A stretch of DNA of 64,000 bases, taken from assembly GCF_009914755.1 (NCBI RefSeq), contig NC_060926.1, one strand, 5' to 3'. Position 1 is the first letter of the stretch. Each line of letters starts with the position of its first letter. The stretch comes from the human T2T-CHM13v2.0 reference genome, Homo sapiens. This document shows positions 33,110 to 48,100 of this stretch, in pieces. The notes under the pieces are model-generated. The model saw nothing but the letters and a program-made list of their open reading frames with translations, was not told where the DNA came from and did no database searches. Both the position numbers and the translations under genes were made by a program.

Positions 33110-33406
33110 TTTTATTCTTTTTCTTTTTCATTTTTGAGGCAGAGACTCACTCCGTCACCCAGGCGGGAGTGCACAGCTCAGGGCAGCCTTCTCCTCCTGG
33201 GCTCAATCAATCCTCCTACCTCAGCCTCCCCAGCTAGCTGTGACTACAGGTGTGTGCCACTACACCTGGCTAATTTTTTTTTTTTTGCAGAGACGGGGTT
33301 TCACCATATTGCCCAGGCTGTTCTCAAACTTCTGGGCTCAAGCAATCTGCCCACCTTGGCCTCCCAAAGTGCTGGGATTAGAGAGGTATGAGCCACTGCA
33401 CCTGGC
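33110..33406 (-). mobile_element. Alu (AluJ-like)
   Basis: Antisense Alu; source of track ORFs 33019-33518. Confidence 0.92.
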
Positions 33407-36400
33407 ATTTTTTATTCTTCTAATACATTTTCTCCCTCTGCATCCTCAAATCATATGCAGACTACCAAATGTACTTTTGAAACAGTTGGTTGCAAAAAAA
33501 GATATTTTCATATTTTAATATTTTTAACCTCAGATTTTTTATGCAATTGTGATCATTATGTACACAACCTTGAGTCCTCCTTTATTCATTTATATTCTAT
33601 TGTAGGCATTTTTTACATCTTTAAACAGTCTTCACAAAAATATTTACTAGTTGATACTATTCTATCAAGTGGCTAAATCACTTAACCAATCCTGTCGTGT
33701 GATATGAAGCTAAATTTAAGTATAAAAGTTAACCTTACTTTAGCCCTTGAGGTCTAGAAACTAATCAGCAGATACCACTCTCAGAGTTAGTACCTAAAAG
33801 GCTATTGCAATCAGTAAATTACATAGCATGTCACACTTGATCAATTTTTTACCATATTAACAGTGATTACAAGTTTCTCAAGTTTCACAAGGAAATCAAA
33901 TAATTGACCACAGCTGGCAGTATTTTATTTTACATGGAACACCACAGCTGGAGGAATTCCAGCCTAACCTTGAACAGGGCTTTAATTGACTGCAAACATT
34001 TAAGGGCCATGTCTTATGCTGACTGATTTTCTCTTCTTTGCTAACCTTTCATTTTGTGTCTGAATATTTTCAGGAGTACTCACAGGAGTTACATAGCTTT
34101 CACTGAGGCCCAAGGAAAACCCAGGAGCCCAGCAAGCTTTGTTCCAAGAATGAAAAAAAAATAATAATAACCTCCTAAACATGTAGGATCTAACATAGAC
34201 ATTTCTACCCAGCAATGTTTTGAAACTCACTTGATCCCTTCAATTTCACAGCTGTTTCAAATCGATAAGCAGTGACAGTAACTTTAGAGAACATGTTCTG
34301 AATACCAGTCATTCTTGCCACAGGATTTTTATAAGCAAGGATGAAATAAAAATGAGAAGAACAAAAGAGAAATAAAAACTTTTCCTGCCACTTAGGTTTA
34401 CAACCTCTTACTGACAATCACATTTTCCCTGAACCAATTAATTAAACACAGAAGTGCTCTATGAGTATGTGATCATGTGATATGCAGCTTTATCAATATC
34501 TTGTTTATCCATTCCGCAGGAATGTCACTATGTAGTTGCAACAGTTTTGACATTTGAAAGAGATGTAAAATCCGTTCACAAAATTTGAATCAATATGTGT
34601 GATTTAGACTTTAATTTTCCTAAAGATGTTTAGTTTTCATTGAGTACTGTTAGAAAAAGGGGGAAAAATGGCCAAAGAAGCATTTTCTAGGATTGTCCTT
34701 GACTAACTAAAAATAGAAACACAGAAGCAAAGAATCCAATCTTATTACAGCTGCATTTTACTTGACAGAACAAAGAATGCTGCTGTCTACAGTAAAAGCA
34801 CTTTAAGGTCGACACTTGAAATAACAAAAATAATCCTTAAAAAATTAAATAACTACAATATGTCATACCCCAATCTTAAAAATATAATTAAGGATCAATT
34901 GGAATCACCTGGAAGAAAATATTTTCACTTCTAATAAATAGCTGTGTGTATATAATGTACACCTCCTATAAGCTCTGGTCTTCTATAGTATAATGTTAAT
35001 TTTAAAACTTTGATCAACATTTTAAAGTTTGTATATATATTAATAACAACATAAGAATGACTATAACTTATTTTCAATTTTAAGATGTAGACTTAAAAGG
35101 TCTCTTCATGGGGAACAATTTTTTAAAGTATTCTATTTTTAGCAATATTCAAGCTTTTACTTTCAGTATTTTCAAAATCTTACTTTTAAGAAAACATTGA
35201 CCAGCAACTTTAAATACACCTCCAGTTTCTATGGACCATTTTCTATGGCCTTTCCTGGGTTAACACGAACATTACTGTTGCACACACTATGCCACCAGCG
35301 ATCAGCTTTAGGGGTATAAGATGTCCCATAGGTATATTATCCCACAAATTATTTCAATAACATTTAGAACCAAGATGTCATTTGGAGCCTAGAACAGTTT
35401 ATAAATTTTTTTAGGGGGAAAGTACATGTCAAAATTGTAAGATATTAGTAACAAGAGAATAACTCTACACAATTTTAAAAGCAAGTAACTTAAGTTTATG
35501 TTAACACGGCACATCTAATTGTCAACAAATGCAGCCTGTATTTTATTTTTTTAACTCAGCCTAAATGCTTCCAGTCCTTTCCTTCCACGGTGTCAAATGG
35601 AGCTGTTGTGTAGGCAAAGTGTCTTTTGTCCCATCACGTGTGGGAATTTAGTAACCTTTTCACCATGACAATTAGAAATAACAAAGAGGTATCTATTCAT
35701 TCAGTATAAATTCTTAGCATTAATAGTTGGCCCAGGACTGGTAAAGTTATTAGACTGGTTCATATCTGGTTCATTGTGTTTCTGCCTTGGTAAAATAAGC
35801 ATTCAGCTAGGGTTCTCATGCTTAAGGCTAGACACCAGTTAATAGGGCAAAAGGTAACAGGGCAATTTAACTTTTAGTTAAGTGTTTTTCCATTAATTGG
35901 GCCACACATTCTTACAAGCACAAGTGCACACAGTTTGGTCCTGAGAAGATTTGCAAGCGTTTTGTGTGTCTTTTGTTAGTTCCAATATACAGCTTATCCT
36001 TGATTTAGCAGACTACAGTTATACAAGACTTTTCTTAATTGCTTTTCATGCATAGTTGGGAGAAACAGCAGGCAGCCTTTAAGCAGAGGTTTTGTGGCCC
36101 AAAATGGTAGCTTCAAGTGCCTCCTTCCCAGTGTTTATTGTTGACAATTCAATTAGCATGCCAAAGCAGCTGTGCGCTGTAGCAGGCAGGGTCAACCAGA
36201 CTGCACAGAAACTAATTTTACTAACAGAGGGGCAAAATTCGCTGTGCTGCATTTATCTTATGCATTTACTAAAGAGCACGACAGGAGAAAGCTAGCCAGT
36301 TCTCCCCAATTTAAATTAATCTTGTGGAAAGTCACACATGTAAGCCATTTTTGTTCCATTAGTGGCTGATGAAAAGCTATTCATTTTCTCACTCTTCAAG

Positions 36401-36479
36401 CTTTAATAAAAGCCACACTTGGCAACAATGAGATAAATACCTCATATTCATGAGAAGTTTTATTTTAGTGAAAAGTGAC

Positions 36480-36782
36480 TTTTTTTTTTTTTTTGACATG
36501 GAGTATCACTCTTGTCACCCAGGCTGGTTGCAGTGGCACAGTCTCGGCTCACTGCAACCTCCACCTCCCGGGTCAAGTAATTCTCCTACCCCAGCCTTCC
36601 CAGTAGCTGGGACTACAGGTGTGTGCTACCAGGCCCAGCTAATTTTTTTTTTGTATTTTTTGGTAGAGACAGGGTCTCATCATGTTGGCCAGGCTGGTCT
36701 CAAACTCCTGGCCTCAAGCCATCCGCCTGCCTTGGCCTCCCAAAATGCTGGGATTACAAGTGTGAACCCACTGCGCTCGGCC
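36480..36782 (-). mobile_element. Alu
   Basis: Antisense dimer with T run; TSD aaaagtg. Confidence 0.93.
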
Positions 36783-37282
36783 TAAAAGTGTATTTCTTAA
36801 CCAAAGAAAGCCAAAGAGAATAAGGCTCATATAAGGGTATTTTATGGATAATGCAGTCAACAAAGATAATTTGGAGAACCACAAGCATACTGAATGATTT
36901 AGTCTCTCCTGGTAGTTCAAATGTAATTGGTGAGAGACAACGCATGGTGCAGAGACATGTAGGTAAGCTGAAGGGACTCAAGGGCCAGATGGGAGAAGCT
37001 CCTTAGGGTCGGATCTGGCTCTGTAGGTGATTCTGGGGCAGCTCTCAAGCAGGTGCTCCATGTTCTGCTGGTGCAGCTGCGCTCTGGAGCCACGTGCCAC
37101 TGGTTCCTGGGGGTGCATGTTAGAGCTCTGAGGTGACTGCTGGTTCTCCAAGAGTTCAGCCATGAGATTGGCCACAACAGTGTGCGTGACAACCGGACCC
37201 TTATGTGTCCCAGCCAGAAGTGGGGAGGGAAGTCACTCCTGATTCCCTGTTCAACACTGTTGACTTCTCAGGTGCTAACATT

Positions 37283-37584
37283 TAATATATATATATTTTT
37301 TGAGACAGGGTCTCTGTCACCTAGGCTGGAGTGGAATGATGCAATCAGTAGTTCACTGTAGCCCTGACCTCCCGGGTTCAAGCCATCCTTGCACCTCAGC
37401 CTCCTGAGTAGCTGGGACTACAGTTATGCACCATCATGCCTGTTTTGTTTTGTTTTGTTTTTTTTGTAGAAATGGGATCACACTATGTTGCCCAGGCTGG
37501 TCTTGAACCCCTGGCCTCAAGTGATCCTCCCATCTCCACCTCCAAAAATGCTGAGATTACAGGCATGAGCCACCATACCAGGCC
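37283..37584 (-). mobile_element. Alu (AluJ-like) with (TA)n in tail
   Basis: Antisense dimer. Confidence 0.92.
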
Positions 37585-37841
37585 TAATGCTTCCTTTTTA
37601 ATAACTTAGGTTAGACTTTGGACATCATCTTTGACTGATGGCTACAGAAAGTCTGAGTTGGAGGCAGAGATGATAAAGGATGTAACCTCACAAAGAAATA
37701 GCATGAGGTGGCTATCTACCTGACCTATTCAATTTTCATACCTAAAATTCTACAAACAAGCAGAATTGGAAAGTTGCCTTATTTTTCTATTGTAGCACTA
37801 CTGGCAAGGTTTCCTGAATCATTTTATTTTCATCCTTTCAT

Positions 37842-38820
<979 letters not shown>

Positions 38821-40329
38821 TCATCATTCTTGCCCCTTTTCCAACCTTTCTTTAAAATGTTTTTATCTTACCATTAATTTGTACTTCTTTAGGGTTTAAC
38901 ATTCTAGTGCTAAGCAACCCCAAAATTGTTATTTTCACCCCTAAATTTCTTAAGTTGGCTTGCCTGTGGGCTTATATTTTTATTATTTTCTGTAAATTCC
39001 TCATCCTACCTTTTTTTCTTTTTTTCTGGATTAGACTTCTAGTCAAATGCTACCAGCCTTCAAAATAAACATTTCAGGAATTTTGTGTATGAGGGGGTAC
39101 AGGATAGAAGTCCAACACAAAGATGAGATCCCCAAACTTTTAGATGAGCGGCTCTCATAAAGAAAATAGAGAATTGGAAGAAATGAGTTCTGAAATAAGA
39201 TGGAAACTCATTTATACAAAATCCACTCATGGAAAACTTCACATAGACTTGAATGTTGAGATGACTGGCCTTCTTCACGTTGCAAAGTGACAGATGGCAT
39301 CTCCTAAGAAGCTTTATAGCCTCATGATCTCCTTCTTAATTCCAAATTATTTAAATACCATATATTCTCTAAAAGCCTTATGAAAACTTTGTTTAATACA
39401 ACTTTTACTGTGTTTTTATCTACTCATTATGTATACTAATCTGTATATTCCCTGGGAAAAGTAAGAATTTTTTGGAATATCAGCATAACAAATGACTTCT
39501 TTCTTATGGGATGTTATCTCTATTCCACAGCTTTTCAAAGTGGTCTCTAATGCTTACACCGTACACACATATGGATTTGTCAGGATCCCATATCCCCAGA
39601 TCATAGTTAATTATAGCTGACACTTGGAAATTTGGTATACTTGTGAGAAATTAAAACACCAGATTAGCCAAGACTTCTCTTACTTGCTTATTTGCAAAAA
39701 TATATTTTTAACTCTGGGAAAACATCTCCTAACTGAAACCTCCTAAAGTCAAGGTCTTAATCCACAGGCAACACAATATTTCACATATGCTTTTAAAGTC
39801 TGGTGTATTCATCAATTAGAATGATTCAGTGGCGGTCATTTAATTATTTCTCCCAGGCCACTGAGAAATGTAAGCAAACTCAGATAACAAAGTTAAAGTC
39901 TGATTTATTAAGGTGGTATACATATTTCACATACCTAACTCATTCCTGCACACTGGAGCGGGATTAAGTGATGCAGAATCATGGCTAAATCCATAATCTT
40001 GCTTTTATATCAACTTCAAACAGAGGTCAACACTGACATATTTACACCTATATAAAGCCATATCCATTATATTATTAAATGCCCTCCTAAATATTCCTAA
40101 TAGAACTTTTTATGATGATTGCAACCCCCTGGAGACACTTCTACCCAGCCTTCAACATATTTTTACTAAGATCCTGTAGTTCCACATGAAAATAACTTTT
40201 CAATTTAGCATTTCTACTTAATCCAATTTAAAGGCTTTGTCCTGTCTCATTTAACTTACGGAATGAGAGACCAGTAATAGGAACAGAAATAGGAACTTTA
40301 TATAGTTTTAAAATATGTTATATTTACCA

Positions 40330-41635
40330 AATACATGTGGGTGACTCTCAAATGTTTACATATAGCTCTCCCCTAAGTCACAGACTCCTATCTACTCAAC
40401 ATTCTCCTGCTGAGTAACTAATAAGTATCTCAAACTTATCACAACCAAATTAGAATTCCTTATCCACTCCTGACCCCATTTTTCCCTTTTTCTAGGCTTT
40501 CCTCCCCCTGGATGATAGTTGCACCACCATCAACCCAGTGGCTCAAGTCTGAAAAGTTGCTCAAGTCATCTTTGAATATTTTCCCAGCTCCCTACATCCA
40601 ACTCATCAGCTAGTCCAATGATTTCAAAGTCTAATCGGTATCTTAAATCTGTCCACTTTGCTCTGTAATGCACTGCCACCAGCCTGATCCAAACCACCAT
40701 CTTCTCTCACCTTTACTACAAGAGCCTCCTTTCTCTAATCATGCCTTAACCCCAGATCAGTTCTTCCTTTGGAGTCTGAGTAATCTTTTAATAACATATA
40801 TCTGAGCATGTCATTCTCTTGCTTAGAACACTCCAGTGGTTTTACATACCACTTTGCTACAACCCAACTCCCTAATATGGCTACATGGCCCTTCACTTTT
40901 ATTCCCGCTAATTTCTCCAACTTTACCTACTACCTTTCTCTCCATTCCCCAACTACTCCATGCTCACGTCCTCTGATTGGCAAGGCAATTTCCAGCTTCA
41001 GAATTTTCAAACGGTCCTTCAACCCACCTGAACTGCTGTCCCCACATCCAGCATGGCAAGCTCCTTCTTATCCTGTGAAAATCAACTGAAATCTCTCCTC
41101 CTCCTAGAAGTCTTCCCTAGCTACTAAGTGTGAATCCAGATTTTGTGAACCCTGAAGCTTATACAACTTGGTAGAAACGTTTTTATAGAAAAATAACGTA
41201 TTAAAGCCTTAAATGTGCACACTTTGCAAAAACACATGATCATGGAAACACTCAGGGCCTTAGAAGAGGCCAGTACAAGTGAAGGACCCTTAAGCTTTGC
41301 CTCATGAACTTTACAATGATTCTAACTCTGTGACTACCCTTATTAAGCAGGTTTTCTCCTCCTGCCACCTCTATCTCTGATATTCTTTATTGCATCTTAT
41401 TAAAAGTAATGGCAAAAATCGCAATTGCTTTTGCACCAACCTAATATTTATTTCTTAGCACTTCTCACAGTTTGTCACCTGTGTGCCATCTGCCTCTTAC
41501 ATTTGTCACCTGTGTGCTGTTTGGCTCTGCCTTTGTGTACATTGCAGCAGGGTAGATACTGCGAGTCCACCCATTACCATAGCTGGCATTTGACACAGTA
41601 GCACTCGGTTAAGACTTGTCATTGAATGAATAACA
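40330..41635 (+). mobile_element. L2 fragments with a nested hAT-like piece (~41127-41330) and a half MADE1 (41399-41446)
   Basis: L2 motifs (gatgactctcaaat-like, ccaaaccaccatcttctctcacc, 3' end tggcatttgacacagtagcactc...ttgaatgaat). MADE1 terminus ttttgcaccaacctaata. Confidence 0.65.
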
Positions 41636-42526
41636 ACATGTCCTTTGAGATTAATTGTGCTAGATAAAAGCAAATAACTATTTAACATTTTAAAGTTGCC
41701 ATGTCATTAAAGCAGCTTTTTTTCCTTCCCTTGCTATCTTAAGAAGCTGACAGCGTGACACAATTTCTGGGGCAGGGGAAACTATTGTTATACCCTATCT
41801 ACTCCAAGCCTCAGGAATTTTTAAAGCCACAGCCTAATTTCAGAGACAAATAAGCAGCTGTTCATGAGGGTTCAGCCTAGTTACCTGGTCAAAATCACCA
41901 TGCTCGGTGTTTAGAGGAAGAGCTCTGCTTCAAACTGGCTTCTGGCTGTGGTGACGCTTGACTGGGGCTAGGGTGCCAGCAGCCATCCTGGAGCTCAAGA
42001 CGCTTCCTGGGCTCAGGCCTACCCTCTCCGGATACATTGGTGCACCTGTTCCCTCTTATCTGATTTTTTTTAGTCAGCCTGTTCTCATCACTGCAAGATG
42101 TTTCCCCACTTTCTGGGCTGTGGCTCTCAAAAGGGGATCAGGCAAGGGGCCTGTAGTTTGTCTAACCCCTCCCAAGGAGAGCTAACACCTGCACACAGAC
42201 AGGTAGAGGTGTTATTTGAAGCTAATTCCTTTCTTCCCGAACCCATAGGAGAAAACCAGCATGAGATTTTACTAAGACTTGCTAGGATGATATTCAATCT
42301 AAATTTGAAGTACTTTCAAACTTGGCTTTTTAAGTTAAAGGGCTGAACAAATACTTGGGGAAAATTATAACATCTATAATTGTAGCAAAATGTTTCACAT
42401 AATTTGACATCTTGTGCTAAAATCTGCACTGTAAATTGCCAATAGCAGAAATTATTAAATTCTAGAACTATCTACAAATGGAGACTATTAAATGTCTTCC
42501 AGTGCACTTTTAAAAAATGGGATGGT

Positions 42527-42861
<335 letters not shown>

Positions 42862-44290
42862 TTAGTCGGGTATCAGGTGGAGAATGCTACAAAAATCCTG
42901 TTTGCCTTCCACTGAAAATCCCTTAAAATCCTCAAAAAAAAAAAAAAAAAGCTACACAAATTTAGAAATGAACTCAAGTTTCTTTTGTATTTATATGAAA
43001 ACTGCATTTCATTTGTTGAGTGAATGGCTCAGGATCTATACCGTTCATTTATTTGGGACAGGTTAAACAGTCAGTCAGAGTGTATATTTTATGGTTAAAT
43101 GAACCTGAGCTAGGTTAATTATGGTAGCAACTGACTCTCAATCCTATTCCTTGCATATTGACCTTAGTATGGTGATATTTAACTCTAAGCTGCAGTATAT
43201 TAAACACAAACTTCTGATTGGAAGCAGTTTCAGAATCAATTTGCATTCAAATAAAAAGCCACTTCAGTGAGAGGCACATTAAGATGTTTAAATTATGAGG
43301 CATGTGGGATTCATCAAGCAAAGAAAGCAGTTGTAAATCAAGCTTATGGTGAATAGGTTAAACATACAAGAGGGTTTTAGTGCTACAGCAACACTTCCTA
43401 AGATCTTTTAGTTTTAGCAACTAAAATGAAAATTTTTAAGAAAACAGTGAAGGGTAAACAGGTTTTCAAAAAATGACAACTACAAACCATATTTATAATT
43501 TTTCACTGTCTCTGGCATGCCAGCCTTAAAAATGTGATCATTAGCACTAGGACTACATTTCAATACATCATACTAGAATGAATGGGAGGGTGGGCAAGAG
43601 AGAAATGAGACCAGCAGTTTAAGGAATTTTTTTTAAAAGAATGGCCCTTTGTTCTTCTTTCTTTTGTAGACTCCACCACCTTGTATTACATGCAGATTTT
43701 TCTCTGCTGGATTATCTTATTTTACTTCTCACTTTCAATTCCTAGCACTGAGCCTCGCAGCAAAATGGGTGTTTGTTGAATGGGTGTGCAAGAGCCAAGT
43801 GGGTACTCTCTGTCTGGACATGGGCGCTCATTCACGCAGGACTTTATTCCTAAAGAATGAGCCTTTGCAGAAACAAAATAATATTACTGGGAGCCCATTG
43901 GGTCCTGTGAATAATTGTTTCAGTTGGGAGGGTCAGGGGAAGGCTAAAATCTCTCTCGTGTGCGTCTTTCTCCCCTTTCAGTCCCCATTTCCCTGCTCTA
44001 GGCACTCTGTTCTCTCGGGCAGCTTCTAGAGCCCCTTTCAGCCCCAGTTACTTAATAAGCTAATTGTTACTAAGGAATAGGGACTGATATATTTCATATG
44101 CCCTTGCATTTTAAGTGGATTCATGAAGACAACAATGATTGACCCAAAAGACTGAATCTTTAATAGTAAGATTGCAGGTAACCTTTGTTAGTAGTTAAGT
44201 TTCTAATGCTACCAAACCACCAATTTCATTAAGTTCCAAGAATGATAAAATAATTCAAGCTAGTTAGGAAACATTTTATTAGGCACACAC

Positions 44291-44514
44291 AAGAGTAGGC
44301 AAACCACAAGCCAACAGCCAAATTCAGCCCACTGCCTGCTTTTATGAATAAAGTTTTATTGGAACACAGCCATGCCTGTTCACATATATAATATGGTCTA
44401 TGTCTGTTTTTGAGCCTCAGTGGCAGAGCTGAGTAGCTGCAACAGAAACTGCATGGCCTGCAAAATCTTAAATATTTACTATGGGACCCTTTACAGAAAA
44501 GTTTGTCAACCCTG
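44291..44514 (+). mobile_element. MER58A (hAT-Charlie)
   Basis: ggcaaacc...aataaagttttattggaacacagccatgcc...aaaagtttgtcaaccctg. Confidence 0.85.
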
Positions 44515-45085
44515 GATTAGTTTCTTCCTTTTGCAGCTGGGTTTTTGGTTATCGTCTGTTTTTCTAAAAGGGACTAGTCCAAGGCCTTTATGAGTTGTCC
44601 TTACTTCCCAGTTTCAGTAAAAGCTGCCTCTGTTTTGAGAACCCTCAGTGTGTAGCCTGGAATGCAGAGCCTGCACTTTTGAAACATAAACACTTTGTCT
44701 CGATATAATTTTAGTACTTCTGGAACTCCCTGGGAAATGAAAAACACCAAGAAGATCCTCTGACAAAAATTCAGCTCTTATTGAGAACACATATCTTTTC
44801 AAGGGGTCTCTCCTTGCTGACCTAAACTATGAATAATAACCTTTTTGGGGAGCCAAACTTTTATAAATAACATTCAGAGAAAATTGTTTTCTTTACTTTG
44901 CTCTTTTATATAAAGTAACCTATTACTTACAAAGGATAATAGTAAAGTATAAAAACGTGATTCCACTTGAAAGTTCAAGGAATAAATGAATTAATCTGGA
45001 AGTTAACATCTCCATAGAAATAACCAGCATGAAGACATTAAAATTCCTATAGGTTTACCATTCCCTATATTTAAAAATGGTTGGA

Positions 45086-45181
45086 GGCTGGTCCCAGTGC
45101 CTTGGTATTTACAACTCATTGATCACTACCAGTTACAGACTTTTTTTCTTCCTTCTTCACCCCCATTGCTTGACTAGCCTT
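45086..45181 (+). pseudogene. Y3 RNA (RNY3) retropseudogene
   Basis: GGCTGGTCCCAGTGCCTTGGTATTTACAACTCATTGATCACTACCAGTTACAGA...TTGACTAGCCTT closely matches hY3, with an A-rich tail following. Confidence 0.9.
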
Positions 45182-48100
45182 AAAAAATAATAATTATTAA
45201 AAAAAAAGCATGGCTGCAGAAGTCTTTTGGTTCTTTGGTTGCCAAAATAAATAAAAGTGTTTGGAATGAAACATAAATTTGTATTGTGATATATTTGTAG
45301 ATTTGAGTACTTATATGGTTTTTCCAGAATCTTTTGTCCAGTCTCTTGATCATGCTGCATTTTAAGCACACCTGCCTCACTGGAGGGAAAGGAAAAGAAC
45401 TTTAATCTTCAATTTGAAGAAAAATTGAGAATTTTTTGAGTCCAGCATCTTAAAGATGGAGAACAGAGAACAGGCAGGAAGTGTGATCTCTCGAAAGCCA
45501 CTTTTCTTCTGGGCTTAGTGAGCACTCACTAGAACCCTGTTAGAGAAGTGTGTACTTCATAGAGAGGAGCTGGGAGTAAAAGGTGGAATGATTCTGATTC
45601 CTATTAAACACCTATCATGCTCCAGGCACTGCCCAACAGAATCCATCCAGCTCATCTCTCCTAATCTTGAAGCTTGGAAATAAGGCTAAACAGCCAATGA
45701 GTTGCGAAGTGAGCATTTGAATCCAAGTGCCCTAACTCCAAAGCTCTACTCAAGGTATGGTGAGGGAGCCATTTTGAATGATTGAATGTCTCCAAATGTT
45801 GTCCCTAAGGAAGAAGGAGTGTGGGCAGCTGTGGTTCCAGGCATCGTGTAGGCAAGAAAACCTCAGGACAAGACTGCCTGAGCTGATGACCTGAAAGGAA
45901 TCGAAATGAGCATCATGGATATTGATCAATGGATTTAAAGAATATCAGATATTTGCATCATGCCTGATCTTCTAGCAATTCTGAAAATATTCCTGTAGCT
46001 ATGTGTTTGATTTAATTAGCCAAGCAATATGAGGAAAAGCAGAATAGGCAAGAATGGCCAGGAGGGAAAGAGATGAATGTGAGCAGACAGGACAATTCAG
46101 TATTTGTGGGTATAATATTTTCTGAGCATCACGGGTTTTTTTTTTCTGTTTTTGGTTTGTTTGTTTTGTTTGTTTTTCTTATCTTAGGCCATGTTTTATT
46201 AGAAAGAGCTGGCTGGTTAGATCACTTACAAGACACCATATCTTGAATTTTCAAAGAAAGAGAAACCTTCACAGAGCAAGGGACTCATGGCAATTCCAGT
46301 AATTAATGAGAAGGAAAGAAAAGGCCAAATTTAAACATGTTTTTTTTTTTTTTTTTGGCAGAAGACTTCACCTGGAGTATCATGCATCTTTTAAAGCTTT
46401 GATATATTACTTGAGTTTTAGGTCGTAGAGAAAGTTTTCCAATAGGAATTTTGTTCATATTGTTCTCTCCTTTTGCCAAGTTGTCCCACAGTTCAACTCA
46501 AATTCTTCTTTTCAGTGCTAGGACAGGAATACCATCTCTGGGAAGCCATGATTCCCTCAGAATCACCAAAATAATGTAGAAATAAAGACATTAGAGTGAA
46601 CTGCATCTGCTTTATTTATTGGATTTACCACCCAGTATAAACAAGAAATCCTTTGTTCCCTGTTTCATTGACTTCTTAACATCTCAGAGCTATCCTATGT
46701 TTCAGACATCACCCGACCCACCCTTGCTGAGGCCCCAGACTATCCTAAGTCCAACCCTGCAATCATAACATCAACCTCACATCGTGATGCTAAGTGTGTG
46801 GGGAGGGAGGTGGTGGCTGTTTGCAAGAGTGGCCACAGTACCACTGTGTAATGAGTGGGGTCATTCCCCTCCACATCCCTGTGGTGAGTAGAAAATTCTT
46901 TCCCGCATTTTCTTTCATTTCTGTGTCAGTTTCCTCAACAGCCCACAAATCCTTTTTTTTTTTTTTGGACAAATTTCCTTGAGCACAACCTTTCCTTCTT
47001 CATGGGACAACTCCTCAAGTTCTCAACAACCACCTAAGTAGAAACATGACAAACGTTTGCATTTCATCGGAAGAAAAACATATTTAGTTGTATTAACATG
47101 TTGAATCCCTGTCATAGTGAAAATACTTAATGAATGAAAAGCAGGGGGAATTAGGTCAGGTGGAATAGTTTTTCTAGATTATGGAGGACTCTGGTGGTGG
47201 GAAACATAGGGGGCATAATCTAAAAAGGAGAAATGGGAGTTCCCAGTGGAAGTAGTCGTTCTCGTTTTATTTGTAATAATTATCAACTTTTAATTTCAAC
47301 TTTCTTCCAGGTGTTGTTGAATACAATTAACTGTTTACTTTTCTACAAATTCAAGGGAAAACAGAAACCTTGAAAAATGCTTTTCTGAGAGTCACACATT
47401 TTTAAACAACTAATGCCCCCAAAATTACTTAATTCACCTGCCTGTCTGTATGGAAATAATTCTACTGAAATTCTGATTTCATAAGGGAGGACACCTGAAG
47501 ATGTGAAGTGACTGTATCTTGGATTAGAGTTGGGCCTATATTATATAGGCTTTCTAACATAGTTGGTAGACCTCAGTTTAAGAAATAATAGCTATTGTTA
47601 TATTTATATTATTATTTATTATAATCCAATAATAGCAATAGCTACCACTATATGCCTGACACTATGCTTTTTCTTTTTTTACAGTGCTAGGATGCATTTA
47701 CCTTTTTATCAGAAATTGCAGTGGTGGAAAACATATAATTTGGGAAATAAGATTATGAGGATCTAAGGCCCAGCTCTGCTACTTACACAACTCTGAAGTT
47801 CTAAATACTCATTTAAAAAAAAAAAATCTGTTATATGGGAATAAAACATCTACTTCAACAACTTTCAAGGAATAAGTGAGGTAACATATGCACAAGTGTT
47901 TCATATAGAGTTCCAGCCACTGTTAGATGTTATTACCCCAAACAGATAATTATGAAAGGTATGACTATACTGTTTTTGTTAATATTAATACATCTGGGTA
48001 CCATACTTTTAAATTTTATAGGCTGGATTTCAGTAACACCATATTAGAAGTCTCTGCTTTATTTTTACCATCTTCTTGAATTTTTGTGTATTAAAATATG

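Noticed and set aside
41471-41517. Short local duplications (tttgtcacctgtgtgc x2; also ~16567-16600 and ~10252-10290)
   Set aside because: Ordinary slippage duplications within decayed repeats or AT-rich DNA.
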